From: Mustelus asterias
Lineage: Eukaryota
Reading direction: 5' to 3'
DNA: 64,000 nucleotides
Assembly: GCF_964213995.1 (NCBI RefSeq)
Contig: NC_135820.1
Location: forward strand, 868,001-932,000
Below, in pieces: positions 23,401 through 35,400 of the stretch. A program made the translations under genes and the position numbers. Numbering within the stretch: position 1 is the stretch's first letter; the number at the start of each line of letters is the position of its first letter. The notes under the pieces are model-generated. The model saw nothing but the letters and a program-made list of their open reading frames with translations. It was not told the origin of the DNA and made no database searches.

Positions 23401-26400
23401 ACCGAGTGCTTCCTCCCAGCCCCTCTCACTGTCACCCATCTATTTTCATTCCCTGGAGCAACTATATCCCTGAAGCTTGTGTCTATGGCCCTCTCTGCCT
23501 CCCTGATGACCCTAAGCTCATCCAGCTCCAGCTCCCTAACGCGGTCTTGGAGGAGCTGCAGATGGGTGCACCTCCCACAGGTGTAATCAGCAGGGACACT
23601 GACGGTGTCCCTCACCTCAAACATTCTGCAGGAGGTACATTGCACTGCTTTCACTTCCATCCCCTCCATATAACTTACTGCTACAAAGAAAAAGAATTGC
23701 TCCAATGGAACACTGAACCCTTTTTCCCCTTCCTCAGAGTGCACTGGGAAAGAAGTTTAAAAAGCAGGAACACAGAGCGGTGACAGTTTAAAAAGCAGGA
23801 ACACAGAGCGGTGACAGATGAAACCCAAAACTGATATTAAATCCAAACAACTGAGAGTAAATTGAAAACAACTAATCAAATATTAAATCCAAACAACCTA
23901 ATCAAAAATCTCCTGGAGGATTTGAACCTGGGTCTCCTGTCTCTCAGCGACACGTCTGAGTCAATGTGATGTCCCCTTCCTTACCCCACCTGATATCATT
24001 TAACTTCTAAGCCTTCTTCGGATTGGCTGAAGAAAAAGAGACATGCTGTTGAATCTTTTTCCCTTCGACTCATCAGAGCAAATGCAAAAATTCCGAAGGT
24101 ATTTGCTGCCATGCGCTGGCGTATTCCCCTCGCAGGTTACTGCTGTCAGTTCCAAAAGACTTTCTGGCCAATTGACTATCCAGGAATGGTGTATATGAAT
24201 TCCAAAGTGATGCCCATTGTGTGAGCCTGATTTCCCAACAGGCGGCTGACGGAATAAAGTAACATGTTCCCTTCTATGTTTGCAATAGCCAGAGTACAGA
24301 TTGCAACTCACCAGTTGGCATTTGCCAAACCCAAAAGAAAATTTGGTTTGATTTGATTTGATTTATTATTGTCACATGTATTGGGATACAGTGAAAAGTA
24401 TTGTTTCTTGCACGTGACCTCAGACTTTTGTCTCTTTTTCCTGAAGGTGGACGAGAGAATGTCCGGGGTGCGTGGGGGGTCCTTGATTATGCTGGCTGCT
24501 TTTCAGAGGCAGCGGGAAATGTAGACAGAGTCAATGGATGGGAGGCTGGTTTGCGTGATGGATTGGGCTACATTCTCGACCCTTTGTACTTTCTTGCGGT
24601 CTTGGGCAGAGCAGGAGCCAGACCAAGCTGTGATACATCCAGAAAGAATGCTTACTATGATGCATCTGTAAAAGTTGGTGAGAGTCGTAGCTGACATGCC
24701 AAATTTCCTTAGTTCTCTGAGAAATTAGAGGCGTTGGTGGGGCTTTCTTAACCATAGTGTCGGCACCCGGACAGGTTGTCGGTGATCTGGCCGCCTAAAA
24801 TGTCTACTGTCTGATGTGATTCCACCACTGGGCAGCACTTACTGAACATCCCTGTATGTGCTTTGTCAGTGGGGCGGCACGGATACAGAGGGGCTGAATG
24901 GCCCTTCTTCCAACTTGCACTGTAAGAATACTACCACCTCTGTGATTGTGTGTGTGTCTGTTACAGGTGACAATAACTGGGGGGTGTGGAGTCCACTCGT
25001 AGTGAGGGCTCTGAAAGGTTCGTGTGTGGTAATCCCGTGTAGGTTCCACGACCTGATCAAAGAGACCGACAGTGGTGAGAAGATTGGGAAATGGTTGAAA
25101 GGACACCACTATAATGGGGATCAAGTCTATCACAGCACAGAGGACAGCCATGCTGAGTACAATCAACGTGTCCAGTTTCTCGGGAATATGGACACCTCGA
25201 ACTGTACTTTGAAGATAAATAACTTAAAAACAACAGATAGCGGGCAATATTATTTCCGCATTGAAATGGGCAGCTATAAATGGTCCCAGAAAACTGCAAG
25301 CAGACTTCTGGTAGCTGGTGAGTTTGTGAATAAAAGAGCGGCTGTTAATTTTCTCCAGGATATTCAACGTGGCTCAGTCGGTTATTCTCCCTCTCTTCAT
25401 CCTTCCCCTTCTCCCTCGCTGTATCTCTCTCTCCCTCTCCCTCACTCTCCCTCTCTTCATCTCTCCCTCTCTCCGTCTCTCCCTCTCTCCGTCTTTCCCT
25501 CTCTCCGTCTCTCCCTCTCTCCGTCTCTCCCTCTCTCCGTCTCTCTCTCTCGCCGTCTCTCCCTCTGTCCGTCNNNNNNNNNNNNNNNNNNNNNNNNNNN
25601 NNNNNNNNNNNNNNNNNNNNNNNNNNNNNNNNNNNNNNNNNNNNNNNNNNNNNNNNNNNNNNNNNNNNNNNNNNNNNNNNNNNNNNNNNNNNNNNNNNNN
25701 NNNNNNNNNNNNNNNNNNNNNNNNNNNNNNNACTCTCCGTCTCTCCCTCTCCCATCTCTCCCTCTCTCCGTCGTTCCCTCTGTCCATCTCTCCCTCTGNN
25801 NNNNNNNNNNNNNNNNNNNNNNNNNNNNNNNNNNNNNNNNNNNNNNNNNNNNNNNNNNNNNNNNNNNNNNNNNNNNNNNNNNNNNNNNNNNNNNNNNNNN
25901 NNNNNNNNNNNNNNNNNNNNNNNNNNNNNNNNNNNNNNNNNNNNNNNNNNNNNNNNNNNNNNNNNNNNNNNNNNNNNNNNNNNNNNNNNNNNNNNNNNNN
26001 NNNNNNNNNNNNNNNNNNNNNNNNNNNNNNNNNNNNNNNNNNNNNNNNNNNNNNNNNNNNNNNNNNNNNNNNNNNNNNNNNNNNNNNNNNNNNNNNNNNN
26101 NNNNNNNNNNNNNNNNNNNNNNNNNNNNNNNCTCCCTCTCCCGCCTCTCCACCCATCACCCCCTCTCTCCCTCCGCTCTACACCCTCTTCCCCGCCTCTC
26201 CCCCCTCCTTCCTGCCTCTCCCCCCCTCCCCCCAATGTCTGTTTCTCTCTGTCTCTCTCTCTGTCTCACACTCTGTCTGTCTCTCTCCAATCCACAGACC
26301 AGAGAGCAAAATAGAGGCATGTTCAACAAGAGTTGAGCAAATGCAACACATTCACTGACCCTCTGACAGTGCGGCACTCCCTCAGTACTGACCCTCTGAC

Positions 26401-29400
26401 AGTGCGGCACTCCCTCAGCACTGACCCTCTGACAGTGCGGCACTCCCTCAGCACTGACCCTCTGACAGTGCAGCACTCCCTCAGTACTGACCCTCTGGAA
26501 GTGCGACACTCCCTCAGCACTGACCCTCTGACAGTGTGGCACTCCCTCAGCACTGACCCTCTGACAGTGCGACACTCCCTCAGCACTGACCCTCTGACAG
26601 TGTGGCACTCCCTCAGTACTGACTCTCTGACAGTGCGGCACTCCCTCAGCACTGACCCTCTGACAGTGCGGCGCTCGCTCAGTACTGACCCTCTGACAGT
26701 GCGGCACTCCCTCAGCACTGACCCTCTGACAGTGCAGCACTCCCTCAGTCCTGACCCTCTGACAGTGCGGCACTCCCTCAGTACTGACCCTCTGACAGTG
26801 CGGCTCTCCCTCAGTACTGACCCTCTGACAGTGCAGCACTCCCTCAGCACTGACCCTCTGACAGTGCGACACTCCCTCAGTACTGACCCTCTGACAGTGC
26901 GGCACTCCCTCAGCACTGACCCTCTGACAGTGCGACACTCCCTCAGCACTGACCCTCTGACAGTGCAGCACTCCCTCAGTACTGACCCTCTGACAGTGCG
27001 ACACTCCCTCAGTACTGACCCTCTGACAGTGCGGCACTCCCTCAGTACTGACCCTCTGACAGTGTGGCACTCCCTCAGCACTGACCCTCTGACAGTGCGA
27101 CACTCCCTCAGCACTGACCCTCTGACAGTGTGGCACTCCCTCAGTACTGACTCTCTGACAGTGCGGCACTCCCTCAGCACTGACCCTCTGACAGTGTGGC
27201 ACTCCCTCAGCACTGACCCTCTGACAGTGCGACACTCCCTCAGCACTGACCCTCTGACAGTGTGGCACTCCCTCAGTACTGACTCTCTGACAGTGCGGCA
27301 CTCCCTCAGCACTGACCCTCTGACAGTGCGGCGCTCGCTCAGTACTGACCCTCTGACAGTGCGGCACTCCCTCAGCGCTGACCCTCTGACAGTGCAGCAC
27401 TCCCTCAGTCCTGACCCTCTGACAGTGCGGCACTCCCTCAGTACTGACCCTCTGACAGTGCGGCTCTCCCTCAGTACTGACCCTCTGACAGTGCAGCACT
27501 CCCTCAGCACTGACCCTCTGACAGTGCGACACTCCCTCAGTACTGACCCTCTGACAGTGCGGCACTCCCTCAGCACTGACCCTCTGACAGTGCGACACTC
27601 CCTCAGCACTGACCCTCTGACAGTGCAGCACTCCCTCAGTACTGACCCTCTGACAGTGCGACACTCCCTCAGTACTGACCCTCTGACAGTGCGGCACTCC
27701 CTCAGTACTGACCCTCTGACAGTGCAGCACTCCCTCAGTACTGACCCACAGACAGTGCAGCACTCCCTCAGCACTGACCCTCTGACAGTGCGACACTCAC
27801 TCAGCACTGTCGCTCTGACAGTGCGGAACTCCCTCAGTCCTGACCTTCTGACAGTGCGGCACTCCCTCAGTCGTGACCCTCTGAAAGTGCAGCACTCCCT
27901 CATTACTGACCCTCTGACAGTGCGGCGCTCCCTCAGTACTGACCCTCTGACAGTGCGGCACTCCCTCAGTCGTGACTCTCTGACAGTGTGGCACTCCATC
28001 AGCACTGACCCTCTGACAGTGTGACACTCCCTCAGCACTGACCCTCTGACAGTGCGGCACTCCCTCAGCACTGACTCTCTGACAGTGCGACACTCCCTCA
28101 GCACTGACCCTCTGACAGTGCGGCACTCCCTCAGCACTGACCCTCTGACAGTGCGGCACCCCCGCTGTATTGACCCTCTGACAGTGCGGCACTCCCTCAC
28201 TGACCCTCTGGCAGTGCGGCACTCCCTCAGTACTGACCCTCTGACAGTGCGACACTCCCTCAGCACTGACCCTCTGACAGTGCGGCACTCCCTCAGCACT
28301 GACCCTCTGACAGTGCGGCACCCCCGCTGTATTGACCCTCTGACAGTGCGGCACTCCCTCACTGACCCTCTGGGAGTGCGGCACTCCCTCAGTACTGACC
28401 CTCTGACAGTGCGGCGCTCCCTCAGCACTGACCCTCTGACAGTGCGGCACTCCCTCAGTAGTGACTCTCTGACAGTGTGGCACTCCCTCAGTACTGACCC
28501 TCTGACAGTGCGGCACTCCCTCTGCACTGACCCTCTGACAGTGCGGCACTCCCTCAGTATTGACTCTCTGACAGTGCGGCACTCCCTCAGTACTGATGCT
28601 CTGACAGTGCGGCACTCCCTCAGTACTGACCCTCTGATAGTGCGGCACTTCCTCAGTACTGACTGTCTGACAGTGCGGCACTCCCTCAGTACTGACCCTC
28701 TGACAGTGCGGCACTCCCTCAGTACTGACCCTCTGACAGTGCGGCACTCCCTCAGCACTGACCCTCTGACAGTGCGGCACTCCCTCAGTACTGACCCTCT
28801 GACAGTGCGGCACTCCCTCAGCACTGACCCTCTGACAGTGCGGCACTCCCTCAGCACTGACCCTCTGACAGTGCAGCACTCCCTCAGTACTGACCCTCTG
28901 GAAGTGCGACACTCCCTCAGCACTGACCCTCTGACAGTGTGGCACTCCCTCAGCACTGACCCTCTGACAGTGCGACACTCCCTCAGCACTGACCCTCTGA
29001 CAGTGTGGCACTCCCTCAGTACTGACTCTCTGACAGTGCGGCACTCCCTCAGCACTGACCCTCTGACAGTGCGGCGCTCGCTCAGTACTGACCCTCTGAC
29101 AGTGCGGCACTCCCTCAGCACTGACCCTCTGACAGTGCAGCACTCCCTCAGTCCTGACCCTCTGACAGTGCGGCTCTCCCTCAGTACTGACCCTCTGACA
29201 GTGCAGCACTCCCTCAGCACTGACCCTCTGACAGTGCGACACTCCCTCAGTACTGACCCTCTGACAGTGCGGCACTCCCTCAGCACTGACCCTCTGACAG
29301 TGCGACACTCCCTCAGCACTGACCCTCTGACAGTGCAGCACTGCCTCAGTACTGACCCTCTGACAGTGCGACACTCCCTCAGTACTGACCCTCTGACAGT

Positions 29401-32400
29401 GCGGCACTCCCTCAGTACTGACCCTCTGACAGTGTGGCACTCCCTCAGCACTGACCCTCTGACAGTGCGACACTCCCTCAGCACTGACCCTCTGACAGTG
29501 TGGCACTCCCTCAGTACTGACTCTCTGACAGTGCGGCACTCCCTCAGCACTGACCCTCTGACAGTGTGGCACTCCCTCAGCACTGACCCTCTGACAGTGC
29601 GACACTCCCTCAGCACTGACCCTCTGACAGTGTGGCACTCCCTCAATACTGACTCTCTGACAGTGCGGCACTCCCTCAGCACTGACCCTCTGACAGTGCG
29701 GCGCTCGCTCAGTACTGACCCTCTGACAGTGCGGCACTCCCTCAGCACTGACCCTCTGACAGTGCAGCACTCCCTCAGTCCTGACCCTCTGACAGTGCGG
29801 CACTCCCTCAGTCCTGACCCTCTGACAGTGCGGCTCTCCCTCAGTACTGACCCTCTGACAGTGCAGCACTCCCTCAGCACTGACCCTCTGACAGTGCGAC
29901 ACTCCCTCAGTACTGACCCTCTGACAGTGCGGCACTCCCTCAGCACTGACCCTCTGACAGTGCGACACTCCCTCAGCACTGACCCTCTGACAGTGCAGCA
30001 CTGCCTCAGTACTGACCCTCTGACAGTGCGACACTCCCTCAGTACTGACCCTCTGACAGTGCGGCACTCCCTCAGTACTGACCCTCTGACAGTGTGGCAC
30101 TCCCTCAGCACTGACCCTCTGACAGTGCGACACTCCCTCAGCACTGACCCTCTGACAGTGTGGCACTCCCTCAGTACTGACTCTCTGACAGTGCGGCACT
30201 CCCTCAGCACTGACCCTCTGACAGTGTGGCACTCCCTCAGCACTGACCCTCTGACAGTGCGACACTCCCTCAGCACTGACCCTCTGACAGTGTGGCACTC
30301 CCTCAATACTGACTCTCTGACAGTGCGGCACTCCCTCAGCACTGACCCTCTGACAGTGCGGCGCTCGCTCAGTACTGACCCTCTGACAGTGCGGCACTCC
30401 CTCAGCACTGACCCTCTGACAGTGCAGCACTCCCTCAGTCCTGACCCTCTGACAGTGCGGCACTCCCTCAGTACTGACCCTCTGACAGTGCGGCTCTCCC
30501 TCAGTACTGACCCTCTGACAGTGCAGCACTCCCTCAGCACTGACCCTCTGACAGTGCGACACTCCCTCAGTACTGACCCTCTGACAGTGCGGCACTCCCT
30601 CAGCACTGACCCTCTGACAGTGCGACACTCCCTCAGCACTGACCCTCTGACAGTGCAGCACTCCCTCAGTACTGACCCTCTGACAGTGCGACACTCCCTC
30701 AGTACTGACCCTCTGACAGTGCGGCACTCCCTCAGTACTGACCCTCTGACAGTGCAGCACTCCCTCAGTACTGACCCACAGACAGTGCAGCACTCCCTCA
30801 GCACTGTCCCTCTGACAGTGCGGAACTCCCTCAGTCCTGACCTTCTGACAGTGCGGCACTCCCTCAGTCGTGACCCTCTGAAAGTGCAGCACTCCCTCAT
30901 TACTGACCCTCTGACAGTGCGGCGCTCCCTCAGTACTGACCCTCTGACAGTGCGGCACTCCCTCAGTCGTGACTCTCTGACAGTGTGGCACTCCATCAGC
31001 ACTGACCCTCTGACAGTGTGACACTCCCTCAGCACTGACCCTCTGACAGTGCGGCACTCCCTCAGCACTGACTCTCTGACAGTGCGACACTCCCTCAGCA
31101 CTGACCCTCTGACAGTGCGGCACTCCCTCAGCACTGACCCTCTGACAGTGCGGCACCCCCGCTGTATTGACCCTCTGACAGTGCGGCACTCCCTCACTGA
31201 CCCTCTGGCAGTGCGGCACTCCCTCAGTACTGACCCTCTGACAGTGCGACACTCCCTCAGCACTGACCCTCTGACAGTGCGGCACTCCCTCAGCACTGAC
31301 CCTCTGACAGTGCGGCACCCCCGCTGTATTGACCCTCTGACAGTGCGGCACTCCCTCACTGACCCTCTGGCAGTGCGGCACTCCCTCAGTACTGACCCTC
31401 TGACAGTGCGGCGCTCCCTCAGCACTGACCCTCTGACAGTGCGGCACTCCCTCAGTAGTGACTCTCTGACAGTGTGGCACTCCCTCAGTACTGACCCTCT
31501 GACAGTGCGGCACTCCCTCTGCACTGACCCTCTGACAGTGCGGCACTCCCTCAGTATTGACCCTCTGACAGTGCGGCACTCCCTCAGTACTGATGCTCTG
31601 ACAGTGCGGCACTCCCTCAGTACTGACCCTCTGATAGTGTGGCACTCCCTCAGTACTGACTGTCTGACAGTGCGGCACTCCCTCAGTACTGACCCTCTGA
31701 CAGTGCGGCACTCCCTCAGTACTGACCCTCTGACAGTGCGGCACTCCCTCAGCACTGACCCTCTGACAGTGCAGCACTCCCTCAGTCCTGACCCTCTGAC
31801 AGTGCGGCACTCCCTCAGTACTGACCCTCTGACAGTGCGGCTCTCCCTCAGTACTGACCCTCTGACAGTGCAGCACTCCCTCAGCACTGACCCTCTGACA
31901 GTGCGACACTCCCTCAGTACTGACCCTCTGACAGTGCGGCACTCCCTCAGCACTGACCCTCTGACAGTGCGACACTCCCTCAGCACTGACCCTCTGACAG
32001 TGCAGCACTCCCTCAGTACTGACCCTCTGACAGTGCGACACTCCCTCAGTACTGACCCTCTGACAGTGCGGCACTCCCTCAGTACTGACCCTCTGACAGT
32101 GCAGCACTCCCTCAGTACTGACCCACAGACAGTGCAGCACTCCCTCAGCACTGACCCTCTGACAGTGCGACACTCACTCAGCACTGTCCCTCTGACAGTG
32201 CGGAACTCCCTCAGTCCTGACCTTCTGACAGTGCGGCACTCCCTCAGTCGTGACCCTCTGAAAGTGCAGCACTCCCTCATTACTGACCCTCTGACAGTGC
32301 GGCGCTCCCTCAGTACTGACCCTCTGACAGTGCGGCACTCCCTCAGTCGTGACTCTCTGACAGTGTGGCACTCCATCAGCACTGACCCTCTGACAGTGTG

Positions 32401-35400
32401 ACACTCCCTCAGCACTGACCCTCTGACAGTGCGGCACTCCCTCAGCACTGACTCTCTGACAGTGCGACACTCCCTCAGCACTGACCCTCTGACAGTGCGG
32501 CACTCCCTCAGCACTGACCCTCTGACAGTGCGGCACCCCCGCTGTATTGACCCTCTGACAGTGCGGCACTCCCTCACTGACCCTCTGGCAGTGCGGCACT
32601 CCCTCAGTACTGACCCTCTGACAGTGCGACACTCCCTCAGCACTGACCCTCTGACAGTGCGGCACTCCCTCAGCACTGACCCTCTGACAGTGCGGCACCC
32701 CCGCTGTATTGACCCTCTGACAGTGCGGCACTCCCTCACTGACCCTCTGGCAGTGCGGCACTCCCTCAGTACTGACCCTCTGACAGTGCGGCGCTCCCTC
32801 AGCACTGACCCTCTGACAGTGCGGCACTCCCTCAGTAGTGACTCTCTGACAGTGTGGCACTCCCTCAGTACTGACCCTCTGACAGTGCGGCACTCCCTCT
32901 GCACTGACCCTCTGACAGTGCGGCACTCCCTCAGTATTGACTCTCTGACAGTGCGGCACTCCCTCAGTACTGATGCTCTGACAGTGCGGCACTCCCTCAG
33001 TACTGACCCTCTGATAGTGCGGCACTCCCTCAGTACTGACTGTCTGACAGTGCGGCACTCCCTCAGTACTGACCCTCTGACAGTGCGGCACTCCCTCAGT
33101 ACTGACCCTCTGACAGTGCGGCACTCCCTCAGCACTGACCCTCTGACAGTGCGGCACTCCCTCAGTACTGACCCTCTGACAGTGCGGCACTCCCTCTGTA
33201 CTGACCCTCTGACAGTGCAGCACTCCCTCAGCACTGACCCTCTGACATTGCGGCACTCCCTCAGTACTGACTGTCTGACAGTGCGGCACTCCCTCAGTAC
33301 AGACTCTCTGACAGTGCAGCACTCCCTCAACACTGACCCTCTGACAGTGCGGCACTCCCTCAACACTGACCCTCTGACAGTGCGGCACTCCCTCAGTACA
33401 GACCCTCTGATAGTGCAGCATTCCCTCAACACTGACCCTCTGACAGTGCGGCACTCCCTCAGTACTGACCCTCTGACAGTGCGGCACTCCCTCAGTACTG
33501 ACCCTCTGACAGTGCGGCACTCCCTCAGTACTGACCCTCTGACAGTGCGGCACTCCCTCAGTACTGACCCTCTGACAGTGCGGCACTCCCTCAGTACTGC
33601 CTCTCTGACAGTGCGGCACTCCCTCAGTACTGACCCTCTGACACTACAGCACTCATTCAATAATCCAGTATCTTTTTCCTCCTCTGTCTTTCCCACAGAT
33701 ATCCCAGAGAAACCAGTGATCATTCCGACGGGGACAATGGTGGAGGATCAAGTTGCCACAGTGACCTGTTCTGTTCAGATCAGATGTCCAGAAGATATCC
33801 CTACCTTACAGTGGGACATCCCATTCACCAATAACCAGACAGAGACCACAAGTTCTTACAGGGAGAATGCTTGGATTCAATCCCGCAGGGTGACTTTCAC
33901 CCCGAGATTTCAGGACCGGGATCAGACTGTAAGATGCAAGGCTCAGTTTGGACAGATGGGAATGTCAGCGGAAAATGAGATGAGCCTAAACCTCCAGTGT
34001 GAGTATCTGTTAATCAATCCTTCTACTAACCTGAGCACCCAGCAGATTCTCATCAATGCCACTGGGAGGCCATTCAGCCCATTGTGCATTTACTGTCTCT
34101 TTGACCCAGTGACTCATCCAACCCACCCCCAGCAATTGTTACTCTTCCCAATACCTCGGCAAGTTGCTCCTCAGTTGACTCCAATCCGTTTTCGGACACT
34201 ATTGGATTTGTTGCTGGTGAGTGAAGGTTTCCATCTCTTTCTGCAACTTAATCTCCCTCCCAAAACTCTCCTCCCGTTCCCCCTTTACTCCATCAACTCA
34301 CTCATCGACACTGGCTCTACATCAACAACTATCTGACCTCACAGTTTCAATATTTGTCTTCAAATTATCGCCATCCCTCCCTATGTCTGTAACCTCCTCC
34401 AACTCTTACACCCCTCCCTATCTCTGTAACCTCCTCCAACCCTTACACCCCTCCCTATCTCTGTAACCTCTTCCAACCCCTACACCCCTCCCTATCTCTG
34501 TAACCTCCTCCAGCCCCTACACCCCTCCCTATCTCTGTAACCTCCTCCAGCCTCTACACCCCTCCCTATCTCTGTCACCTCTTCCAACCCCTACACCCCT
34601 CCCTATCTCTGTAACCTCCTCCAGCCCCTACACCCCTCCCTATCTCTGTAACCTCCTCCAGCCCCTACACCCCTCCCTATCTCTGTAACCTCCTCCAGCC
34701 CCTACACCCCTCCCTATCTCTGTAATCTCCTCCAGCCCCTACACCCCTCCCTATCTCTGTAACCTCCTCCAGCCCCTACACCCCTCCCTATCTCTGTAAC
34801 CTCCTCCAGCCCCTACACCCCTCCCTATCTCTGTAACTTCCTCCAGCCCTTATACCCCTCCCTATCTCTCTATCCTCCTTGCAGCCCCTACAAAGTTCCC
34901 TATCTCTATAACCTCCTCCAGTCCCTACACTCCCTATGCTCCAGAGAAAAAAGTCCCAGTCTATCCAGCCTCTCCTTATAACTCAAACCATCAAATCCCG
35001 GTAGTATCCTCGTAAACTTTTTCTGCAATCTTTCTCGTTTAATAATATCCTTTCTATAATAGGGTGACCAGAACTGTACACAGTATTCCAAGTGTGGCCT
35101 TACCAATGCCCTGCACAACTTCAACAAGACATCCCAACTCCTGTATTCAAACCAAGCATGCTGAATGCCTTCTTCACCACTCTGTCCACCTGTGACTCCA
35201 CTTTCAAGGAGCTATGAACATGTACCCCTAGATCTCTTTGTTCTGTAACTCTCCCCAATGCCCTACCAGTAACTGAGTAAGTCCTGTCCTGGTTCAATCT
35301 ACCAAAATGCATCACCTCGCATTTATCTCAATTAAACTCCATCTGCCATTCGTCAGCCCACTGGCCCAATTGATCAAGATCCCGCTGCAATTGGAGATAA

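Noticed and set aside
24040-24100. Possible separate leader exon for V2 (MLLNLFPFDSSEQ..., donor gtattt)
   Set aside because: Not hydrophobic, and the phase-2 donor is incompatible with the phase-1 V2 acceptor.
11570-25317. Rearranging Ig/TCR/NAR V segments
   Set aside because: No RSS heptamer/nonamer after the exons; they end in splice donors and have Siglec Cys spacing (Arg in place of the F-strand YxC).
26156-33723. Giant ORFs (2466 aa, 1458 aa, etc.) of RECRTVRGSVL / HSLSTDPLTVR repeats; also at 4240-8385 and 42059-44718
   Set aside because: Translations of a 33-bp (3n) satellite that is open in several frames on both strands; intronic, with no coding signature.
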